Shown here piece after piece: positions 49,425 through 61,381 of a stretch of DNA of 64,000 nucleotides (positions within the stretch are counted from its first letter, which is position 1; each line of letters opens with the position of its first letter). The position numbers and the translations under genes were made by a program. Under the pieces are notes generated by a model that searched no databases, was not told the origin of the DNA, and saw only the letters and a program-made list of their open reading frames with translations. The DNA is from Cyanophyceae cyanobacterium (GTDB lineage Bacteria; Cyanobacteriota; Cyanobacteriia; Cyanobacteriales; Laspinemataceae). The stretch lies in NCBI GenBank assembly GCA_038321985.1, contig JBBQFN010000001.1:224001-288000 (forward strand), given 5' to 3'.

Positions 49425-50951
49425 ATGACCTCTAAACTAAACTTCAATCAGAAATCGAAACCCAGATCTCGGAGGCGGCTGTCTTCCATTCGGAATGCTC
49501 CCCTCACCCAGGAAAACTCGATATTTCAAAAGTTGCGATCGGCTATTGGTAGGCTCTCCCCCTCTTGGAAAGCCTGCATTCCGTTAGCCAGTATCCTTTT
49601 GCTCGTATCGGCCTATTCTGCGGTTGCCCAATCACCTCCAGGGGACCTACCGGAGAGCTATACCGAAACCCAAGAGCTCAGAATCGCTCTAGATACCATG
49701 TGGGTAGTCATTGCCGCTATCTTGGTCATCTTTATGAACGCGGGCTTCGGGATGCTGGAAACCGGCTTTTGCCGCCAGAAAAATGCCGTCAATGTCTTGT
49801 CTAAAAACCTGATCGTGTTCGCCCTGGCTACGATGGCGTTTTGGGCCGTCGGGTTTGGGCTGATGTTTGGTGATGGCAATCCTTTTATCGGCTTTAGCGG
49901 CTTTTTCCTGGCCGGACCTGACAACAGTCCGGCAGTGAATGATGCTTACTGGGGAGTCTTCGACTCTCTCAACTGGACCGGAGTGCCTCTAGCCGCCAAG
50001 TTTTTATTTCAAGTCGCCTTTGCCGGAACCGCCGCCACCATCGTTTCCGGTGCAGTTGCCGAACGGATTAAGTTTGTTGACTTCTTGATCTTCAGTCTGT
50101 TACTGGTGGGCATTGCCTATCCAATTACCGGACATTGGGTCTGGGGTGGGGGCTGGCTCTCGGGATTAGGCTTTAAAGATTTTGCCGGATCCACCGCAGT
50201 TCACTCCGTGGGGGGCTGGGCTGCCCTCATGGGTGCGGCCTTCCTCGGCCCACGTCTGGGTAAATATCAAAATGGTCGTCCTGCCGCCTTACCGGGACAT
50301 AACATGAGTATCGCTACTTTGGGATGCTTGATCCTCTGGATCTGCTGGTTTGGCTTTAACGCCGGTTCTACAATGACGGCGAACCACTCGATCGCCCATA
50401 TTGCCTTGACCACCAACATTGCTGCGGCTATGGGTGGAATTGCGGCTACCATCGTCGCTTGGATGTACCTTGGCAAACCTGACCTTTCCATGATTATCAA
50501 CGGTATTCTCGCCGGACTGGTTGCCATTACCGCCGGTTGCGATGGTGTCACGGTCTTTGGATCCGTCATTATCGGTGCCGTCGGGGGAATTTTGGTGGTG
50601 TTCGCGGTTACCTTCTTTGACAGCATCCAAATTGATGACCCGGTAGGGGCGACTTCGGTTCACCTCGTTAATGGGATTTGGGGAACCTTAGCCGTGGGTT
50701 TGTTTAATGTAGATAGCGGTTTATTCTATACCGGCCAACTCTCGCAACTGGGGATCCAATTGCTCGGCATTGTCTCCGTTGGTGGCATGACAGTCCTTTT
50801 TTCTACTCTCTTTTGGGTTCTTCTCAAACGCGTCCTCGGAATCCGCGTCACCGAAGACGAAGAGTTGAAAGGGTTGGATATTTCCGAACATGGGATGGAA
50901 GCTTACAGTGGTTTCCTGAAAGATAATCGAGGGATGGCAGGAAATCCCTAG
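49425..50951 (+). CDS. amt: Ammonium transporter (Amt family)
   Basis: [41 protein letters not shown] and [10 protein letters not shown]; start uncertain. Confidence 0.96.
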   Translation: MTSKLNFNQKSKPRSRRRLSSIRNAPLTQENSIFQKLRSAIGRLSPSWKACIPLASILLLVSAYSAVAQSPPGDLPESYTETQELRIALDTMWVVIAAILVIFMNAGFGMLETGFCRQKNAVNVLSKNLIVFALATMAFWAVGFGLMFGDGNPFIGFSGFFLAGPDNSPAVNDAYWGVFDSLNWTGVPLAAKFLFQVAFAGTAATIVSGAVAERIKFVDFLIFSLLLVGIAYPITGHWVWGGGWLSGLGFKDFAGSTAVHSVGGWAALMGAAFLGPRLGKYQNGRPAALPGHNMSIATLGCLILWICWFGFNAGSTMTANHSIAHIALTTNIAAAMGGIAATIVAWMYLGKPDLSMIINGILAGLVAITAGCDGVTVFGSVIIGAVGGILVVFAVTFFDSIQIDDPVGATSVHLVNGIWGTLAVGLFNVDSGLFYTGQLSQLGIQLLGIVSVGGMTVLFSTLFWVLLKRVLGIRVTEDEELKGLDISEHGMEAYSGFLKDNRGMAGNP

Positions 50952-51143
50952 GGCATCGTCTCACTCTGCAACATTCTATTAATATCATTCGCTACATTTG
51001 CGGTCTTAGGAGGATTTTGAATACACTAGAAGTATCTCCTGACCGCATTTTTTTGCCCAAGGGTGCGACGAGTGGCGGTAATCTTGCCGGCAAGGTCCGC
51101 TTTTCGTTGCACAGTAGGGTCGGGAATTATTGTTGCGTAGCGA

Positions 51144-52031
51144 TTGACGGCATTGCGTTTAAATTTGCGTTCAAACCCGGTTCTGTCTAAACTCGCGGTC
51201 ATCTCCTGGTCAACAATACCACCTTGGACATTGTTATCCCTGATTACGAATGGGATCTTGATGCTCACGGTCATTTTGCTGCTGGTCCGCGATGGAAGTT
51301 CTTCCTCCAGTCTCGAAAATTTATCGAAATTACCGGGGAATGGGTCTAGTTCCACCGAAAATGCCTCGGCTTCAGAAACCCTAGGCATGGAGCCTCAGTT
51401 AGGTCCCCGTCATCAATGGAATTACCAGCAATGGGTGGCTCAGTTACAACGGGAGGCGGAGGCGATCGCCGCCAATCCCCCGGAACGCCTCGGGGTTCTC
51501 GCCGGAGATTCGATCAGTCTATGGTTTCCCCCGGAACTGCTGCCCCCTAAACGCGCTTGGTTGAATCAAGGCATATCTGGAGAAGTCTCTTCAGGGTTGT
51601 TAAAACGGTTAGCCTTATTTGATAAGAGCAACCCCGAGGTGATTTTTGTGATGATTGGCATTAATGACCTGATTCGGGGGGTTCCCCCTGAAGAGGTCAT
51701 CCAAAATCAGCAGGCGATCGTCCGGGATCTCGTCTGGGTTCATCCCAATGCACGGATCGTCCTCCAATCCATTTTGCCCCACAGTGGATCTGATGCCAGT
51801 TGGGAGGGCCGCGATCGCCTCGAACATATTCCCAATGATCAAATTCGCGATATCAATCGCCAACTCGCGGCGATCGCCTCCGCAGAAGGGGTTGATTTCT
51901 TAGACTTATACCCCCTCTTCGCCGGTCCTCAAGGCAACCTCCGCCTCGATTTAACTACGGATGGTTTACATCTCAACGAGCAAGGGTACTTAGTCTGGCG
52001 GACGGCATTAATGGTTTTCGATCCCGTTTAA
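51144..52031 (+). CDS. SGNH/GDSL hydrolase with N-terminal anchor
   Basis: GDSIS, NQGISG, IGIND and TTDGLHLN; true start probably somewhat downstream. Confidence 0.88.
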   Translation: MTALRLNLRSNPVLSKLAVISWSTIPPWTLLSLITNGILMLTVILLLVRDGSSSSSLENLSKLPGNGSSSTENASASETLGMEPQLGPRHQWNYQQWVAQLQREAEAIAANPPERLGVLAGDSISLWFPPELLPPKRAWLNQGISGEVSSGLLKRLALFDKSNPEVIFVMIGINDLIRGVPPEEVIQNQQAIVRDLVWVHPNARIVLQSILPHSGSDASWEGRDRLEHIPNDQIRDINRQLAAIASAEGVDFLDLYPLFAGPQGNLRLDLTTDGLHLNEQGYLVWRTALMVFDPV

Positions 52032-52195
52032 TCGAAAAAAGAGGGGAGAACCTCCTAACTTGCTGGGGTTCATCAGTTCGCTGTCACGTCTTGCCTTCGT
52101 CTAAAGGAAGGAAGTTTGCCATCTCCCCTATCTGGCTTATCCCCCATGAGCTAAGTCCTCTACAATCAAAAGAAAAGAAGCGAGGATTTCACGGC

Positions 52196-53401
52196 ATGGA
52201 TACGAAAGCTTTCAAACGTTCACTACAAAAGTCGGATAACTACCATCGCAAAGGATTTGGTCACCAAGAAGAAGTGACTGGGGTGATGAACTCGGTTTAT
52301 CAAAGTCCCTTAATTCAGCAAATCCGAGATAATAATTACACCTTAACTCGCGGCGAGGTGACGATCCGTCTTGCTCAAGCATTTGGATTTTGCTGGGGGG
52401 TGGAACGCGCCGTGGCGATCGCCTACGAAACTCGTCAGCATTTCCCTACCGAACGCATCTGGATTACCAACGAAATCATCCACAATCCTAGCGTTAATCA
52501 ACATATCCTGGAGATGAATGTGGAATTTATCCCGCTTCAGGACGGACAAAAAGATTTTGAAGTGGTCCAACCGGGAGATGTGGTGATTTTACCGGCCTTT
52601 GGTGCCACTGTTCAAGAAATGCAGTTGTTAAATGAGAAAGGCTGCACTATTGTAGACACGACTTGCCCTTGGGTTTCTAAAGTTTGGAATAGTGTTGAAA
52701 AGCATAAAAAAGGCAATTACACTTCCATTATTCATGGTAAATACAAGCATGAAGAAACCCTGGCAACCAGTTCTTTTGCCGGAACTTATTTAATCATTTT
52801 GAATATGCCAGAAGCCGAATATGTTGCTAATTATATTCTCAAGGGTGGGGACAAAACTGAATTTATGGCTAAATTCAGTAAAGCCGTTTCCCCCGGATTT
52901 GATCCGGACCGGGATTTAGAGCAAGTTGGCATTGCCAACCAAACAACCATGCTCAAAAGTGAGACCGAACAAATGGGCAAGTTGTTTGAACGGACGATGA
53001 TGAAAAAATATGGTCCGGCGCAGTTAAATCAACATTTTCTGGCTTTTAATACGATCTGCGATGCCACCCAAGAACGGCAAGATGCGATGTTGAATTTGGT
53101 TGAGGATCAAGTGGATGCGATCGTGGTGATTGGGGGGTATAATTCCTCAAATACGACCCAGTTACAACAAATTGCGATCGACCGAGGAATTCCTTCTTAT
53201 CATATTGATAGTGCCAGTCGCATTCTTTCGGGAAATCGTATCGAACATAAACCTCTGTACCAAGAGTTAGAAATTGCCGAAAATTGGCTACCGGCAGGTC
53301 CACTGGTGATTGGAGTGACATCTGGTGCCTCAACACCAGATAAGGTGGTAGAAGAGGCGATCGAGAAGATTTTTGCCAGTAAAGCAGTGGCAGTGGTTTA
53401 A
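52196..53401 (+). CDS. ispH: 4-hydroxy-3-methylbut-2-enyl diphosphate reductase
   Basis: [39 protein letters not shown] and TSGASTP. Confidence 0.97.
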   Translation: MDTKAFKRSLQKSDNYHRKGFGHQEEVTGVMNSVYQSPLIQQIRDNNYTLTRGEVTIRLAQAFGFCWGVERAVAIAYETRQHFPTERIWITNEIIHNPSVNQHILEMNVEFIPLQDGQKDFEVVQPGDVVILPAFGATVQEMQLLNEKGCTIVDTTCPWVSKVWNSVEKHKKGNYTSIIHGKYKHEETLATSSFAGTYLIILNMPEAEYVANYILKGGDKTEFMAKFSKAVSPGFDPDRDLEQVGIANQTTMLKSETEQMGKLFERTMMKKYGPAQLNQHFLAFNTICDATQERQDAMLNLVEDQVDAIVVIGGYNSSNTTQLQQIAIDRGIPSYHIDSASRILSGNRIEHKPLYQELEIAENWLPAGPLVIGVTSGASTPDKVVEEAIEKIFASKAVAVV

Positions 53402-53600
53402 GAGGGGCGATCGCGCAGGATTTAGGGATTAACCAGTGGAACCTATACCAGCAGGGTTTCACTGGTTGTGGGGTTTAACTGCCTCCCTCGCCCTTGTCCG
53501 GGTCTGGGGTTGAATCTTCTAACTTTAGTCAGAATCAAAAAATCAAACATCAAGTTCATAATAGGGCTAATCCCATATTTATTAGCCAATTTTTTTATAT

Positions 53601-56060
53601 ATGATTCCACGAACTACGATTGTTGCAGATGCTGCTACCCGGATTGCCCAAATTGCCACGGATACTCTGTTGGAAGATAAGAGTAAATTATTGGGTATTT
53701 TTTCTAGGACTCCGGATAAAAAAACTAAGGAGGCGATCGCAGCTGCCTCCCAGACTTATGTCAGTATCTATCTCCAACGATATGCCAGGATTGATTTGTT
53801 AGGATGTCGGGATCCAGTACCGTTAGAATCCCTCTATATCGAGATGCAGGTGAGGGAAATGGAAGCGTTGCCAGGGACGGAACCCGGGACCGCTTCAGTC
53901 CAGTCTACCGGCAAATCGGCGATCGCGGTGATCAACGAACGGGAGGCGGTGGTGGTGTGCGGTCCCCCGGGTTCGGGAAAGTCTTTGTTATTAAGAAAAA
54001 TTGGTTTAGAAGCCTTACAAGGAACTCGGTTCGGGGGGCTAGTCCATCGGTCCTATATTCCAGTGTTTATCCCGCTTAAAGCCTTGAGTGGTGGGGAAGC
54101 GGAAATTGAAAAAGCGATCGCAGATGAGTTTCGCCGCTGTAGTTTCCCTTCCCCAGAACGACTTGCCAAAGAGGCCCTGGCTCAAGGTCGTTTCTTGATT
54201 TTATTGGATGATTTGCATACGATTCCCTCATTTTCCATGACTGAGGGTGTCGCCCGTTTGGAAGGGTTTATGGAAAGTTATCCCAAAAATCGCTATGTAG
54301 CCGGTTGTAGATCGGGGATATTTAATCATCCCTGGCGCAGCTTTCATCCGGTGACAACGGTACCCTTAGATCAGGGACAACAGACGAATTTAATCCGGCA
54401 GTGGTATAAATCCCCAGCGGCGATGACCCAAAGTGGGGACTGCCTTCTCGGGAATCTTCAATCCCTGGAGAATGCTGATGCTCAGTCTTTGGCAGAACTT
54501 CCGCTCTCACTTACCTTGCTCTGTCTGGTATATGACCGTTCTCAAACCCTCCCCGGAAATCGCGCAGGGCTTTATCTGCAAATTTCTCACATTTTACTAG
54601 AAGAATCTGGAGATATAACGGCCCCACCGGGAGTCTCTGCCAGTGCTGAGATGAATCGGGAATTAGCAAAATTGTGGTTGGCTCAATTAGCTTTCCGAAG
54701 TGCGATCGGGGAACGTTCGGTTTTTTCCGGGGCTGATTTGAGCAGCCGCATTCCCGTGCATCTCCTAGATTTACATAAAGATGATTATTTCCCCTTTTCT
54801 ATCCCCACCAATGTCAATTCAGAAACTACGGAAAATCTGAATAAAAATCCCCCCTCGGTTGACCCAGGGCGTAAAAATTCTTTGCCTCCTGTTCCCACTA
54901 ATCCCAATCAAAAAGCAAATACGGCCCCGAATAAAAATCCCAGCGTATCCCTGAATACTCAAAGGGAAGAGAACCGCTATCGGATGGAGAAAATGCTGGA
55001 AAGGATTGCGTTGCAGTCGGGTTTATTGTTGCAAATTGGTCCTGATCGCTTTGCTTTTACTCAAGTAACCTGGCAAGAATATTTTACGGCAGTTTATATT
55101 GATACTTATTATTTAGCAGCTCAAATTTCCGCTAAAAATCTGACTTTACGCCACTGGCAAGAGATATTTTTGTTTGTCTCCGGGATGCGCTATCCCACGG
55201 CGGATAAGTTACTAATTTTGATGGAATCAGCGGCCCAGAAGTACCTAAAAACCAGCAAATTGCGATCGCTATTGCGATGGGCGTCTGAATCCACATCAGA
55301 GGCAGATGGAAACTGTTCCCCTGCCGCTAAACGCACGGCTGCCTTATTTTTGGCCTTAGGATTAAATGGGACATTAGAACCCGATTTATCTCCAGAAAAT
55401 CCTTATCCCTCCGATACTTTAGCTCTACAATTGAAGGAGATGGGGGCAGCGAAATCACCTTGGAATGTTGCCCTGAGCCTCTGCGAAGTTTTGGGGTTAA
55501 ATTTGTCAGAAATGATTAGCCGCGCGGGTATTTTGGCAGATGATTTTACCAAAAATCTCGTCTTTATTTGCGATCGCCCTCTGGATATAGAAAAATGTGC
55601 GGGGGAATTGACACGGGAGTTGGCTAGAAAACTTGCCCGCGATCGCGCGCGTCAACTGGTTTTAGACTTAGATTTTTTGCTGGATTCCGCCAGCAATTTT
55701 GCCCTAGATCGCGCCCGAGATTTAGCCTTTGTCAGCATTTTAACTCGATTGGTGGAGGAAGCCGGAATTTTTAAAGATTGCCAAGAAGCGATCGTGGCTT
55801 TGCAATCTTTGCAAACCGATATTCCCGATACCAATTCCTCCTATCAAGTGCATCACGAATTTCGCGATCGCATTCGGCAAACCTGGTTAAGTGCCCTCAA
55901 TCTGCAATGCGATCGCCTTAAGTTATCCCCTGAAGAAAAGCAAGCATTAGGCAACTACTTTTATGCTAATGGATTGATTGTGCGCTGCTATCATGCCGCC
56001 TCTGAAGTGACCCCAGCCACCTGGAAAGTCATCCAAGGACGAATGCTGCGCGGCCATTAG
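53601..56060 (+). CDS. NACHT-family STAND NTPase with C-terminal helical domain
   Basis: VPLESLYI, Walker A GPPGSGKS, IPVFIPL, Walker B-like LILLDDLH, F...WQEYFTA and NYFYANGLIVRC. Confidence 0.85.
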   Translation: MIPRTTIVADAATRIAQIATDTLLEDKSKLLGIFSRTPDKKTKEAIAAASQTYVSIYLQRYARIDLLGCRDPVPLESLYIEMQVREMEALPGTEPGTASVQSTGKSAIAVINEREAVVVCGPPGSGKSLLLRKIGLEALQGTRFGGLVHRSYIPVFIPLKALSGGEAEIEKAIADEFRRCSFPSPERLAKEALAQGRFLILLDDLHTIPSFSMTEGVARLEGFMESYPKNRYVAGCRSGIFNHPWRSFHPVTTVPLDQGQQTNLIRQWYKSPAAMTQSGDCLLGNLQSLENADAQSLAELPLSLTLLCLVYDRSQTLPGNRAGLYLQISHILLEESGDITAPPGVSASAEMNRELAKLWLAQLAFRSAIGERSVFSGADLSSRIPVHLLDLHKDDYFPFSIPTNVNSETTENLNKNPPSVDPGRKNSLPPVPTNPNQKANTAPNKNPSVSLNTQREENRYRMEKMLERIALQSGLLLQIGPDRFAFTQVTWQEYFTAVYIDTYYLAAQISAKNLTLRHWQEIFLFVSGMRYPTADKLLILMESAAQKYLKTSKLRSLLRWASESTSEADGNCSPAAKRTAALFLALGLNGTLEPDLSPENPYPSDTLALQLKEMGAAKSPWNVALSLCEVLGLNLSEMISRAGILADDFTKNLVFICDRPLDIEKCAGELTRELARKLARDRARQLVLDLDFLLDSASNFALDRARDLAFVSILTRLVEEAGIFKDCQEAIVALQSLQTDIPDTNSSYQVHHEFRDRIRQTWLSALNLQCDRLKLSPEEKQALGNYFYANGLIVRCYHAASEVTPATWKVIQGRMLRGH

Positions 56061-56079
56061 AAATCGGACTGATTTGGTC

Positions 56080-56967
56080 CTAAGTGCGATCGCCATTTCT
56101 CGAAACCGGGCTATTATCCTGAAACTTTTCTTGATCGTAATAATACAGGGTGCGGACGGGATAGGGGATATTAATTTTTGCGCGATCACAAGCGGCTTTC
56201 AAGGCGATCGCCACTTTGGTCTGAGTCCGCCGTACCAAATGTTTATCCGGTTCTGTCCAATACCGTACCATCATATCAATTGAACTCTCCCCAAACCCCA
56301 CAATATCAACTTCCGGTTCCGGTTTCGATAACACCCCTGGAACCTGGGATACCGCATCTAGGAGCGTATCTATGGCTTCCGGTAATGGAGTATTGTAATC
56401 CACCCCAATCTCTAAATCCGTGCGCCGATAAGAAAAAGCTGTTCTAACTTGCACCGCATTCGTAAAAACCACCGCATTAGGAATAACAACTCGTTCCCCT
56501 TGATAGGTGCGAATTTGGGTCGAACGAATCGCAATTTCCTCGACAGTTCCCTCATATCCTTCTACAATAATTTGATCTCCCAGTTTAAAGGGTTCCTGCA
56601 ATAACAGCAAAATTCCCGCTAGGAAATTTTTAAAAATATCCTGAAAGGCAAAACCAATGGCAACAGAACTTAACCCCAATAATCCAATAATATCTCCTAA
56701 TGCTAAACCCGGAAAAGCCAGAACGCAGGCTACAATAATTCCCACGGACCATGCCGCTACATAAGCCGTTTGAACCATCAACATCCGGAGGGATCTATTC
56801 TTTAATACTCGACGTCCTGCCGCCATCGTCAAGCGACGAACCACGTTGGCAGCATACCAAGTAATCCCCAATACAACCAAGGCAATTAAAATTGCCGGTA
56901 CCAGTGCCACCCCTTGAGCAATCAGGTTAATTAGGGTCGCTTGCACTTCTTTTACAACTGCGTTCAT
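56080..56967 (-). CDS. MscS-family mechanosensitive channel
   Basis: IGFAFQDIFKNFLAG, PFKLGD, GTVEEI and IPN. Confidence 0.92.
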   Translation of the reverse strand: MNAVVKEVQATLINLIAQGVALVPAILIALVVLGITWYAANVVRRLTMAAGRRVLKNRSLRMLMVQTAYVAAWSVGIIVACVLAFPGLALGDIIGLLGLSSVAIGFAFQDIFKNFLAGILLLLQEPFKLGDQIIVEGYEGTVEEIAIRSTQIRTYQGERVVIPNAVVFTNAVQVRTAFSYRRTDLEIGVDYNTPLPEAIDTLLDAVSQVPGVLSKPEPEVDIVGFGESSIDMMVRYWTEPDKHLVRRTQTKVAIALKAACDRAKINIPYPVRTLYYYDQEKFQDNSPVSRNGDRT

Positions 56968-57091
56968 CTTAATTCTTGATTTAAAATTTCAGAAGGCTTA
57001 CTTTTTGACCGTTCCCCTCAAAAGTGTAGTTTAAACCCACCACTTCCCTGAGGATTGCCATAAAATTCAGGACCATTAATGAATTCCATCA

Positions 57092-57763
57092 TCACGGTTT
57101 TATCCCCGTTACTCCAACTCGCGCATCTCCCCAACGATGGATTTTAATCTCTGAAAATCCTGATCGCACCGCATAAGTTTGCAATTCTTCACCCGTCGAA
57201 CACATACTCAAATAAGCAGGACGTTGGTCAATGGGATAAGCATACCCTGCCATAAATACGTCCCATCCGTGACTTGACGTCAAATCCACATTATCAAAAA
57301 AGCAGCGTCCCCCTGACTTTAATACCCGAAATGCTTCCTTCAAATATTGATAGCGGTCCCACTCATAAAGGTGCATAAATACCACGGTACAGTAGACTAA
57401 ATCGACCGAATTATCGGCCACTTCCTGTAGTCCTACCCCACTCAATTCTATCAATTCCACATTATCCAAACCTTTCAGACGTTGAGCGGCATACTGAAGC
57501 ATATTTGCGGAAATATCCGTGCCGATCCATTTCTGACATTTTGTACTTAAAAATTTGCCAACCCGACCTACACCACAGCCAATCTCTAAACAAATATCCT
57601 GGGGTTGAATACCAACAAAATTCTCAATTCGATTCACCGTATTTAGTCCGGTTCGGTCTAATTCAGCCTCATCCGTATGTCCCGCCACATATAATTTAGC
57701 CTCATCCATATTCACGGCGAGGTTGTCCCAGGTTTCCTTGTACTGCGATCGCTCCTGAATCAT
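57092..57763 (-). CDS. Class I SAM-dependent methyltransferase
   Basis: LEIGCGVGR, DISANML and AFRVLKSGG. Confidence 0.88.
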   Translation of the reverse strand: MIQERSQYKETWDNLAVNMDEAKLYVAGHTDEAELDRTGLNTVNRIENFVGIQPQDICLEIGCGVGRVGKFLSTKCQKWIGTDISANMLQYAAQRLKGLDNVELIELSGVGLQEVADNSVDLVYCTVVFMHLYEWDRYQYLKEAFRVLKSGGRCFFDNVDLTSSHGWDVFMAGYAYPIDQRPAYLSMCSTGEELQTYAVRSGFSEIKIHRWGDARVGVTGIKP

Positions 57764-57936
57764 AAGGTTCTGATTTCCATTCCCAGTGGGTAAAATTTAC
57801 GGCAAGCTTTATAATAATAGTTTATGTTTGAATCCGAGTCATGGCTTTTTGAGCAGGCGATCGCCGCCCATAGCAGGTTGAGTGCCAGACTGCCATTGAC
57901 CCAACAGGCCAGTTCATTTGCGAAAAGTAGCACGTT

Positions 57937-59301
57937 ATGTCCTCTATTCCTCGTCGTTACCACATCACCACCTTCGGCTGTCAGATGAACAAAGCTGACT
58001 CCGAACGCATGGCGGGTATCCTGGAAAATATGGGGTTCCAGTTTTCCGAAGACCCCAACCAAGCCGACCTCATCCTCTACAATACCTGCTCAATTCGGGA
58101 TAATGCCGAGCAAAAAGTTTATTCCTACCTAGGCAGGCAAGCCAAGCGCAAACTCCAACAACCCAACCTCACCCTGATCGTTGCCGGTTGCGTCGCACAA
58201 CAGGAAGGAGAAGCGCTACTGCGACGAGTGCCAGAATTGGATATGGTCATGGGACCCCAACACGCCAATCGCTTAGAGGATTTGCTCGAACAGGTCTTCG
58301 CCGGAAATCAAGTGGTGGCGACAGAGGCCGTGCATATCATGGAGGATATCACCAAACCGCGCCGAGATAGCCAAGTTACCGCCTGGGTGAACGTGATTTA
58401 CGGCTGTAACGAACGCTGCACCTATTGCATTGTCCCCTCAGTGCGTGGCATCGAACAATCCCGCACCCCCGAAGCCATCCGCGCCGAAATGGAAGAACTC
58501 GGACGCCAGGGATATAAAGAAATCACCTTACTCGGTCAAAATATCGACGCCTACGGCAGAGATTTACCGGGAACCACACCGGAGGGACGGAATTTACATA
58601 CCCTCACCGACTTGCTCTATTTCGTTCATGATGTACCGGGAATTGAACGGATTCGTTTTGCTACCTCTCACCCCCGGTATTTCACGGAACGATTAATTCG
58701 GGCTTGTCAGGAATTACCGAAGGTTTGCGAACATTTTCATATCCCTTTTCAATCGGGAGATAATGATATATTGAAAGCGATGTCTCGGGGTTATACCCAT
58801 GAAAAATATCGCCGCATCATCGAGATGATTCGCCGCTATATGCCGGATGCTTCTATCAGTGCCGATGCGATCGTGGGGTTCCCCGGCGAAACTGAGGAAC
58901 AGTTTCAAAATACCCTGAAACTGTTAGAAGAAATGAGCTTTGATATGCTCAATACCGCAGCCTATTCCCCTCGTCCCGGCACACCGGCTGCGGTGTGGGA
59001 GAATCAGTTGAGTGAAGAAGTCAAAAGCGATCGCCTGCAACGGTTGAATCACTTAGTATCTATCAAAGCTGCGGAGCGATCGGATCGATATCTAGGGCGA
59101 ATTGAAGAAGTCCTAGTCGAAGAGCAAAATACCAAAGACCCCACGCAAGTCATGGGAAGAACACGCGGCAACCGTCTCACTTTCTTTACCGGGGATATCA
59201 ATCAGTATAGGGGACAGTTAGTCCAGGTGAAGATTACCGAATCCCGCGCCTTTAGTTTATCGGGCGAGGCAATTTCCGTTCCTCAACCGGCTTTGGTTTA
59301 A
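57937..59301 (+). CDS. miaB: tRNA i6A37 methylthiotransferase
   Basis: [26 protein letters not shown] and C-terminal TRAM domain. Confidence 0.97.
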   Translation: MSSIPRRYHITTFGCQMNKADSERMAGILENMGFQFSEDPNQADLILYNTCSIRDNAEQKVYSYLGRQAKRKLQQPNLTLIVAGCVAQQEGEALLRRVPELDMVMGPQHANRLEDLLEQVFAGNQVVATEAVHIMEDITKPRRDSQVTAWVNVIYGCNERCTYCIVPSVRGIEQSRTPEAIRAEMEELGRQGYKEITLLGQNIDAYGRDLPGTTPEGRNLHTLTDLLYFVHDVPGIERIRFATSHPRYFTERLIRACQELPKVCEHFHIPFQSGDNDILKAMSRGYTHEKYRRIIEMIRRYMPDASISADAIVGFPGETEEQFQNTLKLLEEMSFDMLNTAAYSPRPGTPAAVWENQLSEEVKSDRLQRLNHLVSIKAAERSDRYLGRIEEVLVEEQNTKDPTQVMGRTRGNRLTFFTGDINQYRGQLVQVKITESRAFSLSGEAISVPQPALV

Positions 59302-59467
59302 GGGCGATCAGCGCTTAGGTGAGTTATGGAGAACCCCGGGAAAAAACCCGGGGTTTTCTAGGTTGAATGGGAGGATATATTGCGAGTCTGGCTTCAGGAG
59401 GTAGAGATATTTAGAGGACAGGAGTGCGAGCATCTTGCTCACTATATAAGTCCACAGAACCGCGATA

Positions 59468-59914
59468 TCATATCCATGATTCCCAAGAAAATGCCTGAAC
59501 TTGGTTGATGCGCTTAAAATCACTGTCGGCAGAAACAATGATTAATCCGTGCTGAATTGCTGTGGCAACAATCCAAAGGTCATGGTCAGTAAATCCTAAG
59601 TTGCTGATACTGGTGCGACGCCGCTTATTTTTATCCTTGGGCGCAAACAGATTAAAAACTGCTGTTTTAATCTGACTATAAAAAATTGCCGTTTCTTCAT
59701 CAATAAAATATAAATCAACTTGACCTAAAAACTCTTCTACTGCTGTGATATTTTTAGATTGTCTCGCCGACTTATCAGCCATGTACAGCAATTCCGCATA
59801 AGTAATAATGCTAATTCCAATTGCATCATTACGATGATTATTTAAAACATTAATTACTTGACTGTCGCCATTGATAATATAGCTACAATGGTTTGTATCC
59901 AGTAAGTAGGGCAT
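59468..59914 (-). CDS. vapC: VapC PIN-domain toxin
   Basis: YLLDTN, ITYAEL, DHDLWIVATA and VSADSDF. Confidence 0.92.
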   Translation of the reverse strand: MPYLLDTNHCSYIINGDSQVINVLNNHRNDAIGISIITYAELLYMADKSARQSKNITAVEEFLGQVDLYFIDEETAIFYSQIKTAVFNLFAPKDKNKRRRTSISNLGFTDHDLWIVATAIQHGLIIVSADSDFKRINQVQAFSWESWI

Positions 59915-59918
59915 GATA

Positions 59919-60179
59919 TTAAAACTGGGTTTCTGAACGAGTTTTATAAACGGAATGAAGGCATTCTTCCAGGTCATTTCCTTGCCAAGTCCCGGCAACT
60001 TTGAGTAAATCTTTGGCGGTTTTCCCTCTTTTTAGCGGGGGCAATTTTCTCACGGGAGATACTGGAGGGGGTTCGGCAGCTTCTAGGGAGTCGAGAAAGT
60101 CACTGACGAGGGCAAGTCTTTCCGGTGAGAGGTTGTTCAGTTGGCTGGCGATTTTTTGGTGTAATTGAGTTGTATTCAT
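59919..60179 (-). CDS. Putative antitoxin (DUF2281-like)
   Basis: LNNLSPERLALVSDFLDSL...LLKVAGTWQG; ends 4 nt before vapC. Confidence 0.75.
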   Translation of the reverse strand: MNTTQLHQKIASQLNNLSPERLALVSDFLDSLEAAEPPPVSPVRKLPPLKRGKTAKDLLKVAGTWQGNDLEECLHSVYKTRSETQF

Positions 60180-60371
60180 AGTTTTGTTTAGTAATTTAAG
60201 CTAATTATAGCCTTGTGATAGCGGGTCGGGGGACTGATGGGGTATAGATATTTAAAGGAGTGTGGTCAGCGTAGCCTGGGCTGCGGGTCCTGAAAAATTG
60301 GAACAAGCGAAGAAGGAAACATATGAGTTTACTTTAACAATTAAGGTCTATTTTTAGCTACTATAAACTAA

Positions 60372-60518
60372 GGAATTTTAATTCAGCCTAACTGCACTTT
60401 TATTCCCACAACCTTAAATGAAGTTGCCGGATGTTTGAAATATCAAGGTTCCCCCAAAACCCTAGAAGATATGGAAACTGCCATTCGCCAAGGTATTCAG
60501 AAGCAAGGGCATGATTAG
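60372..60518 (+). pseudogene. 3' fragment of AbrB/MazE-family antitoxin followed by an eroded PIN-toxin start
   Basis: GILIQP..FIPTTLNEVAGCLKYQGSPKTLEDMETAIRQG preceded by in-frame TAA; overlapping ATG 60511 reads MISINVN. Confidence 0.6.
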
Positions 60519-60846
60519 CATCAATGTGAATTTTCTGCGGTGGGGGTGTGAGCAAGGGGGTTTCTAGGCTGTCGGTTGCCATGTCCAACTTTCCAGTAGC
60601 CTAGAGGCGATCGCAACACCAGATCCCACCGTCAACCCCTCTGCTCCCAGTCCCGCTCATTTGAGCATTGATCATCAAAAAATTAGATATCGCCGCCTCC
60701 TTCTCTCCATTGTTATCTAATTGAGCAAAACGGGATGCTCCCGCCGTGGGCGGGTTGCTGACTCATAATCAAGGCAAAGTTAAAAGGTTTGGAGTGATAA
60801 CTTTAGCCATCATCGGGTAAGCATTGCCAAAGCGATGACCACAAAT

Positions 60847-61059
60847 TTAGAGAGCTACTGTTTCAAAGGCAATGCGTATGGGATTATCAGAAGGAGCTAA
60901 AAAATTGAGCTTTTCAAACCCAATCACTTGCCCCTGTTGATCCTTCATTAAAATTACCTCATCGCCCGTTTCTTCGGCTTCGACCTCATCTTGAGGATTA
61001 CCAAACCAGACAACAAGTGTATTGCCGGTGCGGTCATAGAATACTTTTACTTCTGCCAT
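60847..61059 (-). CDS. DUF2283-like small protein (putative antitoxin)
   Basis: VKVFYDRTGNTLVVWF...EETGDEVILMKDQQGQVIGFE. Confidence 0.8.
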   Translation of the reverse strand: MAEVKVFYDRTGNTLVVWFGNPQDEVEAEETGDEVILMKDQQGQVIGFEKLNFLAPSDNPIRIAFETVAL

Positions 61060-61381
61060 AATTGCTTTCCTTCCTTAATAGCACTGGTTCGATAGGCTGT
61101 GATTAAAAATCCTTCTCCATTTAAGCGTCTAGTCACAGCACAGACCCAACGTTTTGTACCCTCATTACGGTAGAATAGGTAAACCTGAGCATCAGTGTTA
61201 CTAAGACGAACTTCGTCTGGGTCGCTTAATGTATTTTGTACCTCGCTCAAGCGGTTGATCATGATGGATGCTTAACGGTGACAATAAACTGCCAATACTC
61301 GGCAGTTGTGCGAACGGAGAACCCAAGAGGGGTGATGATTTCAAAGAGGATTTCAGGATTCGATGAGGAATCATCGTTCAT
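61047..61381 (-). pseudogene. Frameshifted RelE/DUF4258-like putative toxin partner
   Basis: 5' frame MNDD...LFEIITPLGFSVRTTAEYWQFIVTVKHPS* (61381-61259) continues in another frame as MINRL...VYLFYR...GFLITAYRT. Confidence 0.7.
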
